NCBI GenBank assembly: GCA_963813025.1 | Contig: CAWEXO010000011.1 | Span: 69,810-133,809 of the forward strand | Length of the DNA stretch: 64,000 nt | Reading direction: 5' to 3' | Source of the DNA: an uncultured Verrucomicrobiae bacterium | GTDB taxonomy: Bacteria; Verrucomicrobiota; Verrucomicrobiia; Chthoniobacterales; JAFAMB01 | Part shown: positions 47,537 through 55,724 of the stretch, in pieces | Layout: every line of letters begins with the position of its first letter | Position numbering within the stretch: the stretch's first letter is position 1 | Program-made: the position numbers and the translations under genes | Notes under the pieces: model-generated | The model's input: only the letters and a program-made list of their open reading frames with translations | Database searches by the model: none | What the model was told of the DNA's origin: nothing

Positions 47537-47977
47537 ATGGTTAGCACCAAAGAAAGCCGCGCGACGACGACAACCGAAGCTACCCAGTGGTCATTTTCCG
47601 CTGATGGAAAACCACTCGGTCTGGATGAGTTCCTTGATAGCTACCGCGAGCAAGGGACTTTTTTCGAAGGCAAGGAGCAATGGCTGAAAGGAGTGAATAA
47701 GGTTACCTGGGAAAATTTCTTTTTGGTTTGCACTGAAGAATTGGACGACCTTTCTCAGCGAGCCGCTCGGATGCTTATCCTTTATTGCCTGGAAATCGTC
47801 GAACAGGTGGTCTCGCGAATGAAAGGGCCGGTTTCGGCGGCGCGGATTGCCGAGGCAATGAAGCGGGAATTTGATGAGCAATACGACAACCCGGTGTACC
47901 AATTCCAGTGGGCAATGCGCCACGACGCCGTGCGCGAAGCGGTCACCAATGCGGTCGTCAACCGCTGGGGACGTTGA
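47537..47977 (+). CDS. hypothetical protein, paralog of 46169-46720
   Basis: ATG at 47537 preceded by an AT-rich spacer. It shares the CL(Q/E)I segment and the N-A-(I/V)-(M/V)-N-R-W-G C-terminus. Confidence 0.45.
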   Translation: MVSTKESRATTTTEATQWSFSADGKPLGLDEFLDSYREQGTFFEGKEQWLKGVNKVTWENFFLVCTEELDDLSQRAARMLILYCLEIVEQVVSRMKGPVSAARIAEAMKREFDEQYDNPVYQFQWAMRHDAVREAVTNAVVNRWGR

Positions 47978-48146
47978 GGAACCCATCAGTCGCATCGGGT
48001 AGTACACCTTCAGCGAACCTACGGGGCAGCGCGCATAACTCTTTCTAGATTGTGTAGAGCTTATTGGGTTTGCGTTGCCAACCCAAAATCCTCATAGCTT
48101 CTTCGCCTGTCTATTGTGACTTTGCAGTCGCGAATAACAATGTTCC

Positions 48147-48176
48147 TTGACAAATATTATTACATTTATTTATATA
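48147..48176 (+). promoter_or_regulatory. sigma-70-like promoter directly abutting the T4CP start codon
   Basis: TTGACA (48147-48152), a 17-18 nt AT-rich spacer, then TTATAT/TATATA (48170-48176). The ATG is at 48184 with no SD. Confidence 0.35.
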
Positions 48177-48183
48177 GTTCCTA

Positions 48184-50010
48184 ATGATCGCCGAAACTGC
48201 TGCGCTTGGTTCACCGTCCCGGGTCCAGTCCCTGCCACAGTTCGATCGACTGAGCTGCCGAAATGCGCAGGGCGCTTTGATTCGTTTGTCTTTCGAACCG
48301 GCGTCAGCTCCGATCGTTCTCGAGCAGCATGGCGATTTCCGAATCTGCGCTGCGCTTTTGGAGACGAGCGGGCAATCGGCCGGCAGCGCCGGTTGTCTGT
48401 TCAGCGTGCGGATTTATCAGGGCAAAACCTGCATTCACGCTCGCACCTGGAGCACCGCCGAAATCTCGCTGGAAGAAGCGCGCCAAACTGCGCGAAGCTG
48501 GCTGCGGCAGCGCCGGCTGGGAGACCGAGTGGCGTTCGTCCTTTCGCCGGCATTGCTTTTACTTTGGTTTTGCTGCCTGGCTGCCGCCTGGTTTCTCTTT
48601 CCGCTCATCGCGTGGTCGGCTTTGTTGCCCCTGGCGGTTTCTTCTCCTCTCGCCTGGACTTTTGCGCCGCCGCGACGGCTACCGCAGACCTCAGCCCGCC
48701 TCGCCGGGCTCGCCTGGGATCGCAATGACTTTTGCCGCGGCTGGCTCATCACCGGCGATACTGGGTCCGGCAAGACCTTTGCCGTTAATGCGTTGTTACA
48801 TTCTGTTTTTCAGCACGAACCCGATTGGGGCGGTCTCTGCTGCGATGAAAAAGGGGTTTATCACGAAATCCTGGCCGCCATGGTGCGCCACTACGGCCGT
48901 CAAAATGATCTGCTCCTTTTGCAGACCCGGCCAGACCAGGCGCGGGATAATTGGGCACCCCCCGCTCGATACAATCTGCTGTCGGATGACACGATTCCCC
49001 CCTCCACCTACGCTACTGTGATCGTCGATACCGCGTCTGCTTTAAACACCGGGAAAGAGGATCAAGGCTTTTTTAAGACCCAAGCCCACTCTTATATCGG
49101 CCGCGGTATCCAGCTCTTCCGCCTTCTCGGCCTGCGCCCGACTATGCATCATCTGCTGGAAATGCTGCAGTACCAGCCGGTCCTGAAAGCGATGTTACAG
49201 GAACTGGAACCAAAAAAGAACGCGGGCGATCCCGACGCTAGCGATTGTCATGACCATTTCCTCAATGGTTTTCTGCGCCAGCCAGCCGAGCAACTGGGCG
49301 GGGTTATCTCGACGATTTATAACTACTTGAATTACTTCACCAATCCGGATATTGCCGAGGTATTCGGCACCGAGGAAAACACGTTTGATTTTAAAGCTCT
49401 GGATCGAGGAGCGATCATCTGCTTATCGATGCCGCAGAAGTATCAGACTGAGCGCCGCTACGTCACCACCATCCTGAAGCTTCTTTTTTACACACACGCC
49501 CTGCGTCGATTCGATCCACGCGACAACCGGCAGCGGAGCCGCGAACAGGACAACCTTCTGATCTGTTGGCAGGACGAGGCCCAACGATTCGTTACTGACT
49601 CGGACGGCAATGTCGATGTGCTTCGGCAGAGCAATGCGACCACCGTTATGGCCACACAATCAAAGATCTCCTTTTTTCCAGTGCTGGGTGGCCGGGAGAA
49701 AGCCGAAGTAACGATCCTTAACCTACGTAACCGGATAATCTTCAAGGCAGCTGACCGCGTTTGTGCAGAAAGCTCGGCTGATTTCATTGGCCGGCACCTG
49801 TTCTGGAAAAAATCGTACACGCGCGCGAAAGGCGGGATCAGCACGACCCGTTCTCGCGAAGAAGAATATCTGGTTAAACCATACCAGATAATGAGCCTTC
49901 CCAAGTTCACGGCGATTATCAAGCATTGTGAACGCCCTTTTGTGCGGCGCCGGATCCATCCATTGGATCCGCAGGGCCGCACGCCTCGCTGGTACTCGCG
50001 CTGGGGATAG
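48184..50010 (+). CDS. type IV secretion coupling protein-like ATPase (TraD/TraG/VirD4 family)
   Basis: A soluble N-terminal ~110 aa, then two TM helices, Walker A ITGDTGSGKT and Walker B-like LLICWQDEAQRF. Confidence 0.7.
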   Translation: MIAETAALGSPSRVQSLPQFDRLSCRNAQGALIRLSFEPASAPIVLEQHGDFRICAALLETSGQSAGSAGCLFSVRIYQGKTCIHARTWSTAEISLEEARQTARSWLRQRRLGDRVAFVLSPALLLLWFCCLAAAWFLFPLIAWSALLPLAVSSPLAWTFAPPRRLPQTSARLAGLAWDRNDFCRGWLITGDTGSGKTFAVNALLHSVFQHEPDWGGLCCDEKGVYHEILAAMVRHYGRQNDLLLLQTRPDQARDNWAPPARYNLLSDDTIPPSTYATVIVDTASALNTGKEDQGFFKTQAHSYIGRGIQLFRLLGLRPTMHHLLEMLQYQPVLKAMLQELEPKKNAGDPDASDCHDHFLNGFLRQPAEQLGGVISTIYNYLNYFTNPDIAEVFGTEENTFDFKALDRGAIICLSMPQKYQTERRYVTTILKLLFYTHALRRFDPRDNRQRSREQDNLLICWQDEAQRFVTDSDGNVDVLRQSNATTVMATQSKISFFPVLGGREKAEVTILNLRNRIIFKAADRVCAESSADFIGRHLFWKKSYTRAKGGISTTRSREEEYLVKPYQIMSLPKFTAIIKHCERPFVRRRIHPLDPQGRTPRWYSRWG

Positions 50011-50017
50011 TGGCCAC

Positions 50018-50066
50018 ATTTCACGTTTCAAGTTTCGCGTTTCAAGTTTCGCGTTTCAAGTTTCGC
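50018..50066. repeat. tandem heptamer array GTTTCNN (7 units; equivalently three 14-bp units gtttcaagtttcgc)
   Basis: atttcac gtttcaa gtttcgc gtttcaa gtttcgc gtttcaa gtttcgc, starting 8 nt after the T4CP stop. Confidence 0.8.
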
Positions 50067-50218
50067 GTCGCTCGTTCTTGCACCATCGGTGCTATCAGGA
50101 GGCTCGAATTCACTGCTCCGGTCAGTTCTCTCCGCCGTCTCGGCTGAGGTCTTTTCCCTTTGCAAACCTGGAGGGCACGCGAAGTTTTTCCGGCCTAGTC
50201 GTTACCATGGAGGAACAT

Positions 50219-50841
50219 ATGTTACAAAGAAGTGCCTTAGCTGTAATGGTAGCCTTTCAGTCGGCTGCCGCATTTGCCGGAGAGCCGGTTACGTCATCGA
50301 AAGAAGTCGTGCCCCCACCGCCTCCGCCGGCCCCAACCTCCTACTTTCGTGCCAACGAGTGGAGCTTGGGCGCATTCGCAACTTATAATGCTACGTGGGA
50401 TAAGAATCGCCGCGTAACGGGTTCACACGCCTGGGGCGGCGGTGTCAGTGTCAGCTATTTTCCGTGGCTCTATGCGGGCTTTCGCCTCAGGGAAGCGTGG
50501 TGAATGCGAAACCGGAAGATAACACGGTCGGAGATGTAACCGGGGATTTCGTTTTACGCTATCCTCTCGATTTGATAAATCCAAAATTGCACCTTGCGCC
50601 CTATGCGTATGCTGGCGTGGGCGGCGTCTTCGTTTCCGAGGACAGCTTCGGGACCTTCGTCAGCGATAGATTTCGCCGCAACAATAATACGGACGATCGG
50701 GTCTTAGGAGATTTCGGCGCCGGTCTCGAGTACCGTTTCACACCTCATATCGGGCTTTTTGGCGAGTGCGAGTATGATGTTGTCGACGGTCCCAAAAACA
50801 ACTACTTACAAACGAACTTTGGGTTGAAGTACGCGTTTTAA
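50219..50841 (+). pseudogene. outer-membrane beta-barrel protein, apparent frameshift near 50490
   Basis: SD ggagga plus ATG at 50219 and signal peptide MLQRSALAVMVAFQSAAAFA. The reading continues in another frame (50464-50841) and ends with the OMP signature NFGLKYAF. Confidence 0.55.
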
Positions 50842-50865
50842 GGACCGATTACGAAAAGATCATTA

Positions 50866-50897
50866 AGCCGACCGGAACGTTCCGGTCGGCTTTTTTG
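50866..50897 (+). terminator. intrinsic terminator
   Basis: agccgaccggaa-cg-ttccggtcggc followed by tttttt. Confidence 0.8.
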
Positions 50898-50970
50898 TTT
50901 CCGGATTGCGATCTCTGATTTGCTATTGGTCAATTGGTGGGACTGTTTGTAAGCTGCTCATGTTCTCAAC

Positions 50971-52110
50971 ATGACGGCAAATGTCCCACCTCATCCTCGC
51001 CTGGACAATCGCCGGCTGGTTTCCGTCGCTCTGACCCTCGGGATTCTCCTCGCCGCTTTTTTCATTCTCGGTAAAGGCAAAAGTTTCTTCATCCCATTGG
51101 CAATCGCTTTCATTGCCGTTTACCTCGTCGAAATACTGGCTCGGGCGATCCGCCAGGTGCGGATCGGTCACGCGCACCTGACAACCTTTCTTTCCCTCGT
51201 CCTGGCGTTCGGGGTCATCTTTGGCCTCGGCTACTGCTTCGTTCTGATCTTGGCAAATAATGCCGCACACGTTGCGGGAGCGGCGCCACGTTACCAGGCG
51301 CGCTTCCAGCATTTACAAGCAGCGCTATTTGCCACAGCAGGTCTCGAGGAGCCAGCGGAAATACGGCAGCTCATTCGAACACTCGATCTCCGAACCGTCT
51401 TTACGACCGTCGCCGCCGGCATCGCTGGTCTTCTGGAAAACATCAGTCTGGTGGCGGTTTACGGATTTTTTATCCTTCTCGAACTTCGCTTTGCCGGGAC
51501 GAAACTAAACGCTCTTCTTCCCGATCCCGAGAGACGCACGAAAGCGCTCGCCCTGATGCAACGGATCGACCGCGATATTCATACCTATCTCGGGGTGAAA
51601 ACGGTCGTCAGTTTTACAAGCGCGATCCTGGCTTATGCCCTAATGCGTTTTGTCGGCCTCGACTTTGCCGAATTCTGGGCTCTGCTGGTCTTTGTCCTGC
51701 ATTTCATTCCAACTTTTGGAGTGATTGTGGCGGTTTTCCTGCCGACCGCTCTTGCTCTCGTGCAATTCGACTATTCTGGCCCAGTCCTCATCATTGGCAT
51801 CGGACTCACCGCCATCGCTCAGGTTATGGGAAATATCATTGAACCCAACATTATGGGAGAAAGTTTGAATCTTAGTCCACTGGCCGTTATCATGGCTCTG
51901 ATATTTTGGGGAACACTTTGGGGGATTACCGGTGCTTTCCTTTGTGTTCCTCTCACCGTAATTCTTGTCATTATCCTCTCGAATTTTCGGACCACTCGCT
52001 GGATCGCGATTCTCCTCTCGAAGACCGGTTCGTTGCAATTCGCTCCAGCCGACGAGCAACGAGTAATTCGCCGGAGCGCTCCCCGGGTCAGCGCAGTCAA
52101 TAAAGACTGA
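50971..52110 (+). CDS. AI-2E family transporter (PerM/UPF0118)
   Basis: Multi-TM protein with IIEPNIMGESLNLSPLAVIMALIFWGTLWGITGAFLCVPLT. Confidence 0.85.
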   Translation: MTANVPPHPRLDNRRLVSVALTLGILLAAFFILGKGKSFFIPLAIAFIAVYLVEILARAIRQVRIGHAHLTTFLSLVLAFGVIFGLGYCFVLILANNAAHVAGAAPRYQARFQHLQAALFATAGLEEPAEIRQLIRTLDLRTVFTTVAAGIAGLLENISLVAVYGFFILLELRFAGTKLNALLPDPERRTKALALMQRIDRDIHTYLGVKTVVSFTSAILAYALMRFVGLDFAEFWALLVFVLHFIPTFGVIVAVFLPTALALVQFDYSGPVLIIGIGLTAIAQVMGNIIEPNIMGESLNLSPLAVIMALIFWGTLWGITGAFLCVPLTVILVIILSNFRTTRWIAILLSKTGSLQFAPADEQRVIRRSAPRVSAVNKD

Positions 52111-52215
52111 CGCCGGCACGGGGCGCTGAGATCCAGCGCACACGCACGAAGAATCCTGCTCCGCCGGCGATTAATAAATTATCGTCACTTAAGCATTGTC
52201 GAGGCAAACTGTGAC

Positions 52216-52614
52216 ATGCCCCTGCCCATTCGATTTGATCACTGTGTTGTTCATGTTTCCAACTGGGCCCGCTCCAATGAGTTTTATCGCCAGATACTCG
52301 GAGCAGAACTCATTCAGAGTTCTCAGGGACGTTGGTCTTACCGTTTCTCCAACGCTCAGCTGAATTTACACGGTCCGGGCCTGAACTCCCATCCGCTGGC
52401 CGGAATTCCAGTCGCCCCCGGAGGAAGCGATCTCTGTTTCGAGTGGACAGGGTCGATTGAGGACGCAATCGATCATCTCAGACGTCACGGCGTTTCGATC
52501 GAATTGGGCCCGACTGCTCGCTCCGGGAGAGGCGGACAAGGAACATCGATTTATTTCCGGGATCCGGATGGTTCATTGCTGGAGTTGATTTCTTATCAAA
52601 AACCGGCTGAATAG
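52216..52614 (+). CDS. VOC-family (glyoxalase/bleomycin resistance-like) protein
   Basis: 132 aa with FDHCVVHVSNW...FYRQILG and YFRDPDGSLLELI. Confidence 0.8.
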   Translation: MPLPIRFDHCVVHVSNWARSNEFYRQILGAELIQSSQGRWSYRFSNAQLNLHGPGLNSHPLAGIPVAPGGSDLCFEWTGSIEDAIDHLRRHGVSIELGPTARSGRGGQGTSIYFRDPDGSLLELISYQKPAE

Positions 52615-52638
52615 TCCGCACAGGTTTTTCAACGTCGT

Positions 52639-53172
52639 ATGAAAGCTCAAATCTTAGGGGTTCTTTTCTGTATGTCGATCAACCCGCTCTTTGCAGCCGA
52701 TTTTCGCCTGCAAAGCCCAAGCTTGCGGGACGGCGGTTCTGTACCGGTTGAGCATCTTTTGACAAAGTGCGGCGGCCGCAACCTTTCTCCGGCTTTAGCT
52801 TGGTCCGGCGCCCCGGCGGGAACAAAATCCTTCGCGGTGACTTTCTTCGACCCCGATGCTCCTGGCGGCCGTGGCTTTTGGCATTGGGCTATCTTTGATC
52901 TGGCCCCGAAGATGGTGCGCCTTCCCGCCGGAGCCGGTGCGAGTACCGCCGGAATCCCCGGAGCAAAGCAAGCACGCAACGATTACGGATCGATCGGCTA
53001 TGGCGGACCATGCCCGCCCGCCGGAGCCACTCACCGGTACGTTCTTACCGTGACGGCGCTCGACGTGGAAGATCTGCCCATATCGCCGAACGCGAGCGCC
53101 GGACAGGTGGCCGCGCTGGTGTCCAAGCATGCTCTGGGCAAGGCTACGATCACCGTCCGCTATGGCCGCTAA
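52639..53172 (+). CDS. YbhB/YbcL-family PEBP (Raf kinase inhibitor-like) protein
   Basis: Signal peptide, NLSPALAWSGAP, DPDAP, FWHWAIFDL and HRYVLTVTALD. Confidence 0.85.
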   Translation: MKAQILGVLFCMSINPLFAADFRLQSPSLRDGGSVPVEHLLTKCGGRNLSPALAWSGAPAGTKSFAVTFFDPDAPGGRGFWHWAIFDLAPKMVRLPAGAGASTAGIPGAKQARNDYGSIGYGGPCPPAGATHRYVLTVTALDVEDLPISPNASAGQVAALVSKHALGKATITVRYGR

Positions 53173-54514
53173 GACAGCTCCATCGCGGAAGCCGGCCGCT
53201 GCCCACTGGCAGAGTTTTCAAGGCACACTCGACGATTGCGAGTTGTTCGACGTATTGCAAATGGCCTGCCTGGCCCAACAAACCGGACGGCTATTCGTCA
53301 GGCACCAACGGCGCCGGGGAATGGTTGTTCTCGAAGGCGGCAGTATCATCGACGCTCAAGCCGGCTATCTCTCGGGCGGAGACGCTCTGGTCGAGATTTT
53401 CTGCTGGCGAAGCGGCCGATTTCGCTTCACCAGAACCCAAACCTCTGAGCCCGGGCGAATAACGATCACCAACTCCTGGGAGCATGCGTTGATGGAAGCC
53501 ATCCGGAAACGGGACGAAAAATTGCCTTGGGCCGAGCGACCGCGTTTTGCCGGGGGATTAGCTCGTCGCCTGAGCCCGGCGGCATTGCAGAAAATCCGCC
53601 GAGCCAACCAGCGTGCGGTTATTCGGCATCTTTTGTTCCGGCTCGGAGTCCTGGTGGTTTGCGCCGGTCTTCTTCTGGGCGGCATTCACTTGTACCGGCA
53701 CCGGGCAGCGTTGCTGTCGTCGTGGTGGAACAGCTCTTTTCTTGCGCAGAAGAATAACAGATTATTCGGGTGGAAAAAACGGGAACCCCGCAGTGTCGCC
53801 ATACCAGCCGGCAGCTTTATCGACCAACGCGGCCGCGAAGTGACGTTGCCTGCCTTTGAAATAGATGATGTCGAGGTCCCAATTTGGCAATACCAAGAAT
53901 TCCTCGATGCAATCGGCCCGAGTCATGCCTTCGATCATCCCGACCAACCTTCTTCCAAGACACACAGCAATCCGGAGTGGGTCGCGTACTCACAGGCCGC
54001 GTTCCAATTCAAAATGTTCCACGGCACGAAACTGACGCCGAACCATCCAGCCGCCTATCTCGACTGGTTTGACGCCTACGCTTTCGCTGCCTGGCGCGGT
54101 CGCCGACTTTCTTCGGAGGAAGAATGGGAGAAAGCGGCCCAAGGTGTCCCGGACCTTCGATCGCGCGAACTTGCCCAAGATCCGGCGCTAGCATCGTCCG
54201 GCCGGCCGACGCAGCTCGGCGGTCCCGAGCCGGTCGGATCGAATCCAAACGATCGAAGCTCCATGGGAGTCTATGACCTGGCCGGAAACCTCTCTGAATG
54301 GTCTGGCACTCTGGACGCGGACGGTTCACCGATCGTTCGCGGAGGTAATTTCGAAAATGGTGGGGGCGACATTACTGAACGCGTCCTCCATCTTTCGCCA
54401 TTTCATCGGGATGGCCGAATCGGTTTTCGAACGGTAAAACCAGCTTCCGGCTTGGCCGGTCAGGCGCCGTCGGCCAAACCAATCTCCCCGGCCGAGGGAG
54501 CAAATCGCAAGTAG
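53162..54514 (+). CDS. DUF4388 (PATAN-like) - TM - FGE-sulfatase (SUMF1-like) domain protein
   Basis: N-terminal GTLDDCELFDVLQMACLAQQTGRL...GGDALVEIFCWRSGRFRF, one TM helix, and C-terminal YLDWFDAYAFAAWRGRRLSSEEEWEKAA...GVYDLAGNLSEWS...RGGNF. The ATG at 53162 is preferred. Confidence 0.7.
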   Translation: MAAKTAPSRKPAAAHWQSFQGTLDDCELFDVLQMACLAQQTGRLFVRHQRRRGMVVLEGGSIIDAQAGYLSGGDALVEIFCWRSGRFRFTRTQTSEPGRITITNSWEHALMEAIRKRDEKLPWAERPRFAGGLARRLSPAALQKIRRANQRAVIRHLLFRLGVLVVCAGLLLGGIHLYRHRAALLSSWWNSSFLAQKNNRLFGWKKREPRSVAIPAGSFIDQRGREVTLPAFEIDDVEVPIWQYQEFLDAIGPSHAFDHPDQPSSKTHSNPEWVAYSQAAFQFKMFHGTKLTPNHPAAYLDWFDAYAFAAWRGRRLSSEEEWEKAAQGVPDLRSRELAQDPALASSGRPTQLGGPEPVGSNPNDRSSMGVYDLAGNLSEWSGTLDADGSPIVRGGNFENGGGDITERVLHLSPFHRDGRIGFRTVKPASGLAGQAPSAKPISPAEGANRK

Positions 54515-54597
54515 TGCAAAGCCGCCTTGAATACGTTCAATCATTTTGTTAGGAAATGAGCAAAACGCAATTCCTCGGCTGAGTATAACTGCCACAC

Positions 54598-55223
54598 ATG
54601 TCGTTCATCAATTTTGTTACCGGTGAGGTAGAGTTCAAAATCGTCTATTACGGCTGCGCCCTTGGCGGAAAGACAAGCAGCCTGGGTTACATCCATGAAC
54701 GGGTCGACGCGAATGACCGCGGCGACCTGCTGCTGTTGCCAACTCAGAACGATCGAACCTTGTTCTTTGATTTCTTACCGATTGATGGAGGTAGCGTTAA
54801 AGGCTTCAAGGTTCGCTTCAAGCTTTGGACCGTACCGGGTCAGGTGATGTACAATGCGACCCGTCAGTTGGTGCTGCGCGGTGCGGACGGGATCGTTTTC
54901 GTCGCCGATCACAGTGGGAACGCATGGAAGCCAATATCGAAAGTTTGCGGAACCTGGAAGAGAATCTGGCTGAACTCAATTCCTCCGTCAGCCAGATCGC
55001 GTGGATCCTCTTTTACAACAAGAGAGATCTGCCGATGGAGACGATCGCCCCGGTCGAAGCTTTGGATCTGTTGCTCTTGACTGGGCGTCAACGGGTTCCG
55101 CGATTTGCCGGCAGTTGCCTTGATGGTACCAACGTATTCAACGCGCTGAATGACGTGAGTCAGCGCGTCCTGCGCGAGTTTTTAGTCAAAGACGATCTCG
55201 AAAATTACGAGGCTTACCGCTAA
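54598..55223 (+). pseudogene. mglA: MglA-like Ras-superfamily GTPase with a 1-nt deletion frameshift near 54909
   Basis: MSFINFVTGEVEFKIVYYGCALGGKT...DRTLFFDFLP...LWTVPGQVMY...GIVFVAD, then in the next frame SQWERMEANIESLRNL...YNKRDLP. Adding one T after gat at 54907-54909 restores VADSQWERMEAN. Confidence 0.7.
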
Positions 55224-55277
55224 CGAGGCGTACCTCAGACCGGCGAGATTTACTGGACGAAAGGGGAAGTACGATTC

Positions 55278-55724
55278 GTGAAAGAAAAAAAGTTGCTTAA
55301 AAAAGGTGATTCATTCACATCCTGCCAGTCGTTAAGGACTCTGGACATGATGCTCACCCCGAACTGGCGCACCGCGTGCACTTCCCGATCAGGCTTCACT
55401 CTCGTGGAGTTGCTGGTTGTTCTGTCCATTGTCGCGGCGATGGCAGGGTTAATCAGCTTTGCCGTCGGTCGAACACTCACAAAACAGGACGAAAAGATGT
55501 GTCTGAACAATATGACGATGATCGAAGCGGCCAAGGATGAGTATGCTCGCGATCATGTCGGGCAGCCGATCGACCCGGTGGAGTTCGCGCGTTACTTCAA
55601 ATTCTCCATCCCGCGGTGCCCCGACAATCCGCAGGAAGACTACGAAAACCTCTACAATCTCAACGCGCCGGTCGCCTGCCGAGTCCATCAGAACAATAGT
55701 GCGCTGCTCAATTCTGGAAAGTGA
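55278..55724 (+). CDS. prepilin-type N-terminal cleavage/methylation domain protein (pseudopilin-like)
   Basis: SG/FTLVELLVVLSIVAAMAGLI motif. Alternative ATG starts at 55347 and 55350 would give a 16-aa leader. Confidence 0.7.
   Translation: MKEKKLLKKGDSFTSCQSLRTLDMMLTPNWRTACTSRSGFTLVELLVVLSIVAAMAGLISFAVGRTLTKQDEKMCLNNMTMIEAAKDEYARDHVGQPIDPVEFARYFKFSIPRCPDNPQEDYENLYNLNAPVACRVHQNNSALLNSGK

Noticed and set aside
48147-48728. Alternative-frame ORFs (48147-48728 and 48329-49021) overlapping the 5' part of the T4CP gene.
   Set aside because: They are Arg/Ala/Pro-rich shadow frames. The 48184 frame continues into the conserved ATPase domain.
53010-53462. A 150-aa ORF spanning the PEBP/DUF4388 gene junction.
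   Set aside because: It is out of frame with two well-supported genes and has no motif.
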